NCBI GenBank assembly: GCA_034091205.1
Contig: JAXDRC010000015.1
Span: 15,167 to 79,166 of the forward strand
Direction of reading: 5' to 3'
DNA: 64,000 nt
From: Parabacteroides sp.
GTDB lineage: Bacteria; Bacteroidota; Bacteroidia; Bacteroidales; Tannerellaceae
Program-made: the position numbers and the translations under genes
Notes under the pieces: model-generated
The model's input: the letters and a program-made list of their open reading frames with translations, nothing else
Told to the model about the DNA's origin: nothing
Databases searched by the model: none
Shown: in pieces, positions 55,766 to 64,000 of the stretch
How the letters are laid out: each line of letters begins with the position of its first letter
Numbering within the stretch: position 1 is the stretch's first letter

Positions 55766-56761
55766 ATGAAAGAGACATTATATAAACTATTCGAACACCA
55801 ATATTTGGAAAAGGAAGAGGCACAAGGCATATTACACAAAATTGCCGGCGGCGCATACAACGATGCTCAGATTGCCAGCCTCATAACAGTTTTCCTTATG
55901 CGAGGAATTTCCGTAGAAGAAATTATTGGTTTCCGCAATGCTTTGCTGGAAATGTGTATTCCGGTAGATTTGGACGAATTCGAGCCTATAGATATTGTGG
56001 GAACCGGAGGCGACGGAAAGAATACATTCAACATCAGTACGGCAGCATGTTTTGTAGTTGCCGGCGCAGGTTATCCAGTAGTGAAACATGGCAACTACGG
56101 AGCTACATCGGTGAGCGGCGCCAGTAATGTTATGGAACAGCACGGAATAAAGTTCAGTAATGATATTTCAAAAATACGCCAGTCGATGGAATCGTGCGGA
56201 ATTGCTTATCTGCATGCTCCGCTGTTCAACCCGGCACTTAAAGCTGTTGCTCCGGTAAGAAAACAGCTGGGAGTGAGAAGTTTCTTCAATATATTAGGTC
56301 CGCTGGTAAATCCGGCAAGACCGAAATATCAGCTTCTCGGTGTGTATAATCTACCGTTGTTACGCCTTTACAATTATACATATCAGGAAAGCGGAACAAA
56401 ATTTGCCGTAGTTCATAGCCTTGACGGATATGACGAGATTTCTCTGACAGGAGAATTCAAAGTGTCCACTGCCGGAAAAGAGAAAATATACACACCACAG
56501 ATGCTTGGTTTCAAACAAAACAATGAAAGTGACTTGTACGGAGGCGAAACAGTGGAAGAAGCATCGGCAATATTTGATTCCGTATTACAATGTACGACAA
56601 GTGAAGAAAAGATGAACTGCGTTATTGCCAACGCTGCTTTCGCAATACAGGTTATTTGTCCGGAAAAGACTATCAAAGAATGTATAAATGAAGCAGCTAA
56701 TTCTCTTCGCAGTAAAGCAGCATTGCAGAAATTCAACAAATTCGTTAAACTTAACAACTGA
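55766..56761 (+). CDS. trpD: anthranilate phosphoribosyltransferase
   Basis: VGTGGDGKNTFNIST and KHGNYGATS. The ATG at 55766 is preferred over the GTG at 55757. Confidence 0.9.
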   Translation: MKETLYKLFEHQYLEKEEAQGILHKIAGGAYNDAQIASLITVFLMRGISVEEIIGFRNALLEMCIPVDLDEFEPIDIVGTGGDGKNTFNISTAACFVVAGAGYPVVKHGNYGATSVSGASNVMEQHGIKFSNDISKIRQSMESCGIAYLHAPLFNPALKAVAPVRKQLGVRSFFNILGPLVNPARPKYQLLGVYNLPLLRLYNYTYQESGTKFAVVHSLDGYDEISLTGEFKVSTAGKEKIYTPQMLGFKQNNESDLYGGETVEEASAIFDSVLQCTTSEEKMNCVIANAAFAIQVICPEKTIKECINEAANSLRSKAALQKFNKFVKLNN

Positions 56762-56768
56762 TAGAGCA

Positions 56769-57605
56769 ATGAAACAGGATATTCTGGCAGAAATAATAGC
56801 CAATAAGAGAAAGGAAGTTAAAGAGCGTAAAGCCTCAATCAGCAAAGAAGAATTAATAAAGGAATTTGGTAAAGGAGCGAGCCACAAACCTATTTCGGCA
56901 AGGAAAGCTTTGTCGGAGTCAGGAAGCGGAATTATAGCAGAATTCAAACGTCGCAGTCCGTCGAAAGGCTGGATTCATCCGGATGCAAAAATAGAGGAAG
57001 TTGTTCCGGAATATTGCAATTCCGGAGCTAGTGTTTGCTCCGTGCTCACTGACAGCAAATTCTTCGGTGGAAACACAGCAGATTTCATAAAAGCAAGAGA
57101 ATTGGCAAATATTCCTCTTTTGCGTAAAGACTTCATAATCGATGAATATCAGATATATGAAAGCCGGATTATCGGGGCGGATGTGATTCTTCTTATTGCC
57201 GCAGCCTTGTCGCCGGAAGAATGCAGAATTCTTGCAGCAAAAGCCAAAGAGCTTGGAATGGAAACATTACTGGAGATACATGAGGCTTCGGAGCTGCAAT
57301 ATTTGAGTAAAGACATTGACTTGCTGGGAATAAACAACCGCAATCTCGGAACATTCCACACAGACGTACAGAATTCCATGTCGTTGTCCGAGGAAGTTGA
57401 GCGGTATCTCAAAGACAATCCGGAAAAACATTCTTCTCCGCTGCTTATTGCCGAAAGTGGTATTTCAACGCCGGAAACAGTTTTGAGCCTTCAGGAAAAG
57501 GGATTCAAAGGTTTTCTGATAGGAGAAGCATTTATGAAATGTGACAGTCCGGCAAAAGCTTTACAAGATTTTATCGAACAAATAGCAAAATCCGGTCAAT
57601 TATGA
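56769..57605 (+). CDS. trpC: indole-3-glycerol phosphate synthase
   Basis: MKQDILAEIIANKRKEV and IIAEFKRRSPSKG. Start trimmed to 56769. Confidence 0.9.
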   Translation: MKQDILAEIIANKRKEVKERKASISKEELIKEFGKGASHKPISARKALSESGSGIIAEFKRRSPSKGWIHPDAKIEEVVPEYCNSGASVCSVLTDSKFFGGNTADFIKARELANIPLLRKDFIIDEYQIYESRIIGADVILLIAAALSPEECRILAAKAKELGMETLLEIHEASELQYLSKDIDLLGINNRNLGTFHTDVQNSMSLSEEVERYLKDNPEKHSSPLLIAESGISTPETVLSLQEKGFKGFLIGEAFMKCDSPAKALQDFIEQIAKSGQL

Positions 57606-58243
57606 ATTCTGACAAAATCATTAAGGTTTGCGGAATGCGTGATATCGTAAATATCATTCAGATAAGCGGACTTCCGATAGATATAATGGGATTCATCTTC
57701 TTCCCTTCCTCACCTCGATTCGTTGAGAAAGAAGGAGAAAACGAAAGGCTGAAAGCGCTTTTGAGAAATATAAAATGTAAAAAAGCTGGTGTATTTGTGA
57801 ATGAGGAATTCGCACAAATTATTCCTATGGCAAAAGCATACAACCTTGATATTATCCAATTGCATGGAAGTGAGAATCCTGATTTATGCAATGCTCTGAG
57901 AAAAGAAGGTTATTCCGTGATAAAAGCATTTTCAATTGAAAATGAAAATGATTTCGGAAAAACTGAAGTTTACAATGATTGTGCCGACATGTTCCTGTTC
58001 GATACGAAATGTAATGAATTCGGCGGCTCCGGCAAATCTTTTGATTGGGATTTGCTGAATAATTATAAGGGCAATACGCCTTTCATCATCAGCGGAGGAA
58101 TTGATGACGGCCACAAAGATGCAATAAATCAAATCAATCATAAGATGTTTGCCGGAATCGACATAAACAGCAGATTCGAAATATCTCCGGCTCTGAAAGA
58201 CGTAAATAAAATAAAGAATTTCATAAACTCAATAAAAGAGTAA
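57602..58243 (+). CDS. trpF: phosphoribosylanthranilate isomerase
   Basis: IKVCGMRD and IQLHGSE. It overlaps trpC by 4 nt. Confidence 0.9.
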   Translation: MNSDKIIKVCGMRDIVNIIQISGLPIDIMGFIFFPSSPRFVEKEGENERLKALLRNIKCKKAGVFVNEEFAQIIPMAKAYNLDIIQLHGSENPDLCNALRKEGYSVIKAFSIENENDFGKTEVYNDCADMFLFDTKCNEFGGSGKSFDWDLLNNYKGNTPFIISGGIDDGHKDAINQINHKMFAGIDINSRFEISPALKDVNKIKNFINSIKE

Positions 58244-58249
58244 ACAACT

Positions 58250-59023
58250 ATGAACCGCATAAATAAATTATTCCAGGAGAAAAATAAAGAAGTGATGTCA
58301 ATATATTTTCCGGCAGGTTTCCCGGAAAAAGACTCAACAATGAATGTATTACAAGCTCTGCAGAGAAATGGTGTGAATATGGTGGAAATTGGTATTCCGT
58401 TCTCTGACCCTATGGCCGACGGACCGGTGATTCAGCATGCAACACAAAAAGCTCTGAACAATGGAATGTCATTGCGCCTGCTTTTCAGTCAGCTGAAAAA
58501 TATGCGACAGACAATTGATATTCCTGTTGTTCTTATGGGATATCTGAATCCGATTATGCAATATGGATTCGAGGAATTCTGCAAAAGCTGTTGCAGCGTG
58601 GGCGTTGACGGAGTTATAATTCCGGATTTGCCTTTTTCGGACTATATCAAAGAATATAAAGAGATTGCAGACCTTTACGATATAAAAGTTATAATGCTGA
58701 TTACACCGGAGACTTCTGAAGATAGAATAATTGAAATAGACAATCATACTGATGGTTTCATCTATATGGTTTCCAGTGCTTCAACTACCGGAGCACAGGA
58801 TAGTTTCGGAGAAAATCTTATTTCATATTTTTCACGAATCAACAATATGAAGCTCAACAATCCTAGGCTTATCGGCTTCGGTATAAGCAACAAAGCGACT
58901 AAAAATGCAGCAACGGATTATGCAAACGGTATAATAATTGGAAGTAAATTTGTGAAACTTCTGGAAGAATATGGCAATGCCGACAAAGCAATGGAAAAGA
59001 TAAAATCCGCCATTGAATCCTAA
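58250..59023 (+). CDS. trpA: tryptophan synthase alpha chain
   Basis: VNMVEIGIPFSDPMADGPVIQ. Confidence 0.95.
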   Translation: MNRINKLFQEKNKEVMSIYFPAGFPEKDSTMNVLQALQRNGVNMVEIGIPFSDPMADGPVIQHATQKALNNGMSLRLLFSQLKNMRQTIDIPVVLMGYLNPIMQYGFEEFCKSCCSVGVDGVIIPDLPFSDYIKEYKEIADLYDIKVIMLITPETSEDRIIEIDNHTDGFIYMVSSASTTGAQDSFGENLISYFSRINNMKLNNPRLIGFGISNKATKNAATDYANGIIIGSKFVKLLEEYGNADKAMEKIKSAIES

Positions 59024-59100
59024 AGTCAGGACATAATTGACCAAAGTCAAGAATTGAACACTTCAATATTTTTAGTGTAGTTTTTACTAAAAATCTATTT

Positions 59101-59108
59101 TATATTTG
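59101..59108 (+). promoter_or_regulatory. candidate -7 box for the following gene
   Basis: TATATTTG (exact TAnnTTTG) lies 37 nt upstream of the ATG at 59145. No clear TTTG sits at the -33 position. Confidence 0.3.
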
Positions 59109-59144
59109 TGAGTATAATAATTGTTGAACTTTAAATTTAAAATT

Positions 59145-60140
59145 ATGTCAAACAGAAGAACTTTTTTGAAGAATATTTCCCTTCTGACTTTAGGCGGATT
59201 GGCAAGTCAGAATGCTTTTGCCTCATCAAACAATCTTTTAAATACTAATTCAACAACGTCTGCCAACGCTACAACTGCAAAGCAAATTGGTTTGCAGACA
59301 TACTCACTTGGAGAAGATTTGCTTAAAGACCTTCCTAATGGTTTGAAGAGATTGGCTAAGATGGGTTATACAGACCTTGAGTTGTTCGGTTATCAGGAAG
59401 ATACAGGCAAATTCGGAACATATTCAAAGGAAAACCAGATATTTTTCTCAGGTAAAGAATATAAGAAAATAGCTGATGACGCAGGCATCAGAATCACCAG
59501 CTCACACCTTACTCCAAATCTTCGTGAATATACTCCGGAAAATATCTCAAAATTTGAAGACTTCTGGAAAAAGGCAACAGATATACATGCTGAAATTGGC
59601 GTGAAATATATGGTTCAGCCAAGTTTGCCAAAAGTTGAAAATGAGGATGATGCAAAACGTGTTTGCGAAATCTTCAATAAAGCAGGTGAAATTACAAACA
59701 AAGCAGGTATTCTTTGGGGTTATCACAATCACAGCAATGAATTCAAACGTGTTCTTAAAGCTGGAGAAAAACCAGAACAGAATCCTAATCCTTGGGCTCC
59801 TCCAAAAGGTACTTATATCCAGGAATTGTTCATGAAGAATACAGACCCGGATAAAGTAATGTTTGAATTGGATGTATATTGGACTGTGATGGGACAGCAG
59901 GACCCAATTGAATGGATGGAAGATTATTCAAACCGCATCAAACTGCTTCATATCAAAGACCGTTGGATTCTTGGAGATTCAGGTATGATGAATTTCGAAA
60001 AGATCTTTACAAAAGCAAGAGAAATCGGAGTTTTGAATTATTTCGTTGAATTGGAAAGCGACAGAAGAAAACATCGCCCACAGTTTGAAGGCGTTGAAGC
60101 TAGTGCAAAATATTTGCTGAAAGCTCCTTTTGTAAAATAA
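59145..60140 (+). CDS. Tat-exported sugar phosphate isomerase/epimerase (xylose isomerase-like TIM barrel)
   Basis: The twin-arginine signal is MSNRRTFLKNISLLTLGGLASQNAFA. The TIM-barrel motifs are WGYHNHSNEF and LDVYW. Confidence 0.8.
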   Translation: MSNRRTFLKNISLLTLGGLASQNAFASSNNLLNTNSTTSANATTAKQIGLQTYSLGEDLLKDLPNGLKRLAKMGYTDLELFGYQEDTGKFGTYSKENQIFFSGKEYKKIADDAGIRITSSHLTPNLREYTPENISKFEDFWKKATDIHAEIGVKYMVQPSLPKVENEDDAKRVCEIFNKAGEITNKAGILWGYHNHSNEFKRVLKAGEKPEQNPNPWAPPKGTYIQELFMKNTDPDKVMFELDVYWTVMGQQDPIEWMEDYSNRIKLLHIKDRWILGDSGMMNFEKIFTKAREIGVLNYFVELESDRRKHRPQFEGVEASAKYLLKAPFVK

Positions 60141-60163
60141 ACTGTTTCAATAAATAATCATTT

Positions 60164-60203
60164 AAGGCATTGTGGAACTTATATTTCCGTAATGCCTTTT
60201 TTG
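60164..60203 (+). terminator. intrinsic terminator
   Basis: AAGGCATT pairs with AATGCCTT (inner GGAA/TTCC pairing), followed by TTTTTT. Confidence 0.75.
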
Positions 60204-60339
60204 TTTATACATATATTATGTATTCGAAAATTGAATTTGTTTACAATCTCAAAAAATCCGAACACAAGAATTATGTAAATTTATTAGCTCCTTACTGGTT
60301 ATCATATTTTTTTGTAGATTTGCCAAAAACTAAAATATT

Positions 60340-61185
60340 ATGAACTATTACGAGCTTAATTTCACTTACAATTCTGAAATAGAAACTTCAGTTATAAATG
60401 ATATTCTTGCTGCTGTGTTGGGCGAAGTGGGTTTTGAAAGTTTTACAGAAAACGAAAACGGCTTGCAGGCATATATTTCTGAGAAAGTTTATAATGAAGA
60501 TGCTATCAAGGAAGTTCTTGCTTCCTTCCCTATTGATGGCGTGGAGTTCAACTACACTACTTCATATGTTGAAAGCCGCGACTGGAATGAAGAATGGGAA
60601 AAGAATTATTTTAAGCCCATAAAAATAAACAATGACTGCATTATCAGAGCTTCATTCCATGAGGATGAACCGGGATATAAATATAATATTATCATAGACC
60701 CGAAAATGGCTTTCGGCACAGGAAACCATGCTACAACTTTCCTAATGATAAGCGAAATGCTGAAACTTGACCTTGAAGGAAAAGAACTTCTGGACATGGG
60801 TTGTGGAACAGCCGTGCTGGCAATTCTTGCAAAATTGAAAAATGCATCACGTGTTGTTGCTATTGACATTGATGAATGGGCTTATAACAATGCAATTGAG
60901 AATATCAAGCTTAATCATACCGAAGAGATACAGACAGCACTTGGTGGAGCAGAAAAAATCGATGAATTCGGTAAATTTGATATCATATTTGCCAATATCA
61001 ACCGTAACATTCTGTTGAACGATATGCACGTATATAAAACTCATCTGAAAGATGGAGGAACATTATTTATGAGCGGATTCTACACTGAAGATATCCCAGC
61101 AATCTCGGAAGAATGTAATAAAAACGGATTGAATCTGGTTTCTTATTCCGAAAAAGACCACTGGGTTGCAGTAAAAGCACAGTAA
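60340..61185 (+). CDS. prmA: ribosomal protein L11 methyltransferase
   Basis: FGTGNHATT and LDMGCGTAVLAI. An exact TAnnTTTG box (TAGATTTG) is at 60315-60322. Confidence 0.9.
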   Translation: MNYYELNFTYNSEIETSVINDILAAVLGEVGFESFTENENGLQAYISEKVYNEDAIKEVLASFPIDGVEFNYTTSYVESRDWNEEWEKNYFKPIKINNDCIIRASFHEDEPGYKYNIIIDPKMAFGTGNHATTFLMISEMLKLDLEGKELLDMGCGTAVLAILAKLKNASRVVAIDIDEWAYNNAIENIKLNHTEEIQTALGGAEKIDEFGKFDIIFANINRNILLNDMHVYKTHLKDGGTLFMSGFYTEDIPAISEECNKNGLNLVSYSEKDHWVAVKAQ

Positions 61186-61303
61186 TGTTAGAATAAATTT
61201 AATATTTCAAACAGATTAACACATTTTATACTTTTAAACTTATCAATAAGAAATAAATCGTCTATCTTAGGCGTATTATTAATCATATAAAAGAAAAAGT
61301 AAT

Positions 61304-61525
61304 ATGAAAAATGTAGATTCTAAACTATTATTAGGTTTGGTTATTGGTGCTGCAGTGGGTAGCGCAGTAGGATATTTGATGGCAACTGACAGAAAAGAAG
61401 AAATTCTTGAAGAACTTAACGGAGTAGTTGGCAAAGTAAAAGAAGGTTTCAATTCAGCAATTGCCAAATACAAAGAAAGCAAACAGGAATTAGTTGCTAA
61501 AGCTGACGACACTGCAACTGAATAA
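61304..61525 (+). CDS. YtxH-domain membrane-anchored protein
   Basis: 73 aa. An N-terminal Gly/Ala-rich TM (LLLGLVIGAAVGSAVGYLMA) is followed by amphipathic helices. Confidence 0.7.
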   Translation: MKNVDSKLLLGLVIGAAVGSAVGYLMATDRKEEILEELNGVVGKVKEGFNSAIAKYKESKQELVAKADDTATE

Positions 61526-61534
61526 CAATAAAAG

Positions 61535-61942
61535 ATGAATGATTCTGACAAAATCTTCCAGGAACTGAAGAAAGACCTGACCAATTATATTGAACTCAGG
61601 ACAGAACTATTCAAATTGAACGCATATGAGAGAACAGGGAAAGTTATCAGTGTTCTCTCATATGGTTTGATTCTTGTATTCCTGGCTTTCTTCGCCATAC
61701 TATTCATTTTTTTGGCATTAGGATTCTTTCTGAGTGAATTGCTTGATTCGTTTGGAGCCGGTTTCGGCATTGTAGCAGGATTGTATCTTATTCTAATAGT
61801 AATTATCCTCACATTGAGAGATGAAATCAGAAACAAAGTCATAAACGAAATCATTGCTGCACTTACAGCTAATGATGACAAGAAAAACAATTCCAACAAT
61901 GAACAACAAACAGCAAACACCACTGGAGAAACTATTGGCTGA
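61535..61942 (+). CDS. two-TM membrane protein of the holin-X (superfamily III)-like family
   Basis: 135 aa with a hairpin of two long TM helices (VISVLSYGLILVFLAFFAILFIFLALGFFL and GFGIVAGLYLILIVIILTL). Confidence 0.6.
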   Translation: MNDSDKIFQELKKDLTNYIELRTELFKLNAYERTGKVISVLSYGLILVFLAFFAILFIFLALGFFLSELLDSFGAGFGIVAGLYLILIVIILTLRDEIRNKVINEIIAALTANDDKKNNSNNEQQTANTTGETIG

Positions 61943-62282
61943 CAAAACCCGTCTGCAGGAAGAATGTAAAGCTCAAGAAACAAAGCTAAACGAAACACTT
62001 TGCTATTTCCAGGAAAATGCAGGAAGTCTGTTGATTTCCGGATTGACTTCCCTGCTGTTTCCCTCAAATAAATCTACAAATAAAACAAAGGAAACAAACC
62101 ATAGTGGAAGCAAGGATGCTGTACCACCTGCTTCGTTTGGTTTGAGCGATTACATCTCTATAGCAAAAGGTCTTCTACCTGTTGCATGGGAGATTATTCA
62201 GCCTATTATGCTTAGTTGGGGCATAAAAAAAGCCAGAAAGATGATTACTTCACTTTTCCGCTCAAAAAAAAGTGAGATTTAA
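61899..62282 (+). CDS. hypothetical coiled-coil / C-terminal hydrophobic protein
   Basis: MNNKQQTPLEKLLADKTRLQEECKAQETKLNE... It overlaps the previous gene by 44 nt. The start was chosen at the ATG at 61899. Confidence 0.45.
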   Translation: MNNKQQTPLEKLLADKTRLQEECKAQETKLNETLCYFQENAGSLLISGLTSLLFPSNKSTNKTKETNHSGSKDAVPPASFGLSDYISIAKGLLPVAWEIIQPIMLSWGIKKARKMITSLFRSKKSEI

Positions 62283-62319
62283 CATTTAATTAGACTTAAA
62301 GATTCACTTTTTTGCCGAA

Positions 62320-62354
62320 TTTGATTGTCTTCATAAAAAAGATAATTAACTTTG
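62320..62354 (+). promoter_or_regulatory. candidate gapA promoter
   Basis: TAACTTTG (exact TAnnTTTG) at 62347-62354 and TTTG at 62320-62323. The 23-nt spacer is longer than the consensus. Confidence 0.3.
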
Positions 62355-62433
62355 CGGCGTTAAAAGGAAGAACCTAATAAGTTCTTAAAGTTGTTTAGAT
62401 TTACAAAGACAACATTTTTAATAAACCCAATAA

Positions 62434-63459
<1,026 letters not shown>

Positions 63460-63481
63460 TCTATAAAGATTATATAGTTTC

Positions 63482-63514
63482 AAAGCCGCATCCTTTTGGA
63501 TGCGGCTTTTTTTG
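63482..63514 (+). terminator. intrinsic terminator of gapA
   Basis: AAAGCCGCATCC, loop TTTT, GGATGCGGCTTT, followed by TTTTT. Confidence 0.85.
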
Positions 63515-63528
63515 TTTATCTTTGTTTT

Positions 63529-64000
63529 ATGATGAACAACGAAACAAAACATAATTCAGATTATCAGCTGATAACAATACTGGGACCAACGGCTTCCGGT
63601 AAAACAGCTTTTGCCGCAGCTCTTGCTGAAAGGCTGGATACTGAAATTATCAGTGGTGACTCACGTCAGATTTACCGCTCAATGGACATTGGAACTGGTA
63701 AAGATTTGGCTGATTACATTGTAAATGGTAAACAGATACCATACCATCTTATAGATATTTGTGAACCAGGATATAAATATAACGTATTCGAATATCAGCA
63801 TGATTTCTTCAAGGCTTTCAATAGTATAAAAGATAAAGGGAAATTACCTATTCTCTGTGGAGGAACGGGGATGTATATCGAAGCCGTTCTTAAAGGTTAT
63901 AAGCTTTTAGATGTTCCTCCTAATCCGGAATTAAGAAATAGTCTTAAAGGAAAATCTTTAGAAGAACTTGAAACAATTCTTTCAAGCTATAAGACGTTAC
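63529..64000 (+). CDS. miaA: tRNA dimethylallyltransferase, N-terminal part (runs off right edge)
   Basis: MMNNETKHNSDYQLITILGPTASGKTAFA (P-loop) and ISGDSRQIYRSMDIGTGK. Confidence 0.9.
   Translation, partial: MMNNETKHNSDYQLITILGPTASGKTAFAAALAERLDTEIISGDSRQIYRSMDIGTGKDLADYIVNGKQIPYHLIDICEPGYKYNVFEYQHDFFKAFNSIKDKGKLPILCGGTGMYIEAVLKGYKLLDVPPNPELRNSLKGKSLEELETILSSYKTL

Noticed and set aside
61535-61942. Prophage lysis cassette suggested by the holin-like protein
   Set aside because: No endolysin, spanin, terminase, capsid, tail or integrase genes are present anywhere in the window, and the flanking genes are housekeeping (prmA, gapA).

Overview
This 64-kb chromosomal segment looks like a Bacteroidales genome. 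The evidence is roughly 40% GC by eye, a SusC-type receptor, lipoprotein-signal CAZymes, TAnnTTTG -7 boxes and trpB-E-G-D-C-F-A gene order. All calls were made by eye from the ORF track and sequence motifs; no searches were run. I call about 56 protein genes. They include CAZymes (GH78, GH2 with a discoidin domain, GH3 with PA14, GH30, a GH43 remnant), lutABC, dapA and ligA. A cysQ-SLC13-cysC-cysD-cysN-sulfotransferase cluster matches the layout of the Bacteroides steroid-sulfonation locus. Also present are a PduO-type adenosyltransferase, a four-subunit 2-oxoacid:ferredoxin oxidoreductase operon, recJ-recQ-Nudix-ADP-ribosylglycohydrolase, a cytochrome c peroxidase, prmA, gapA and miaA. The trp operon is complete and is preceded by a WWW leader peptide and terminator. 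I saw no tRNA, rRNA, CRISPR array, transposase, integrase or recognisable defence genes. The most unusual content is non-coding. Intergenic DNA is saturated with several families of long imperfect hairpins whose arms are tandemly stuttered 7-11 nt words (AGTTGACAAGG, CACAGAG, GGAGTTA, CTAAGGCTTAG). There are at least 20 copies; some are nested inside each other and some lie inside operons. In addition there are two four-unit arrays of palindromes phased at exactly 22 bp that share a GTGG-NN-AAATCA unit. I do not recognise these from described repeat families and rank them as the best candidates for something new.
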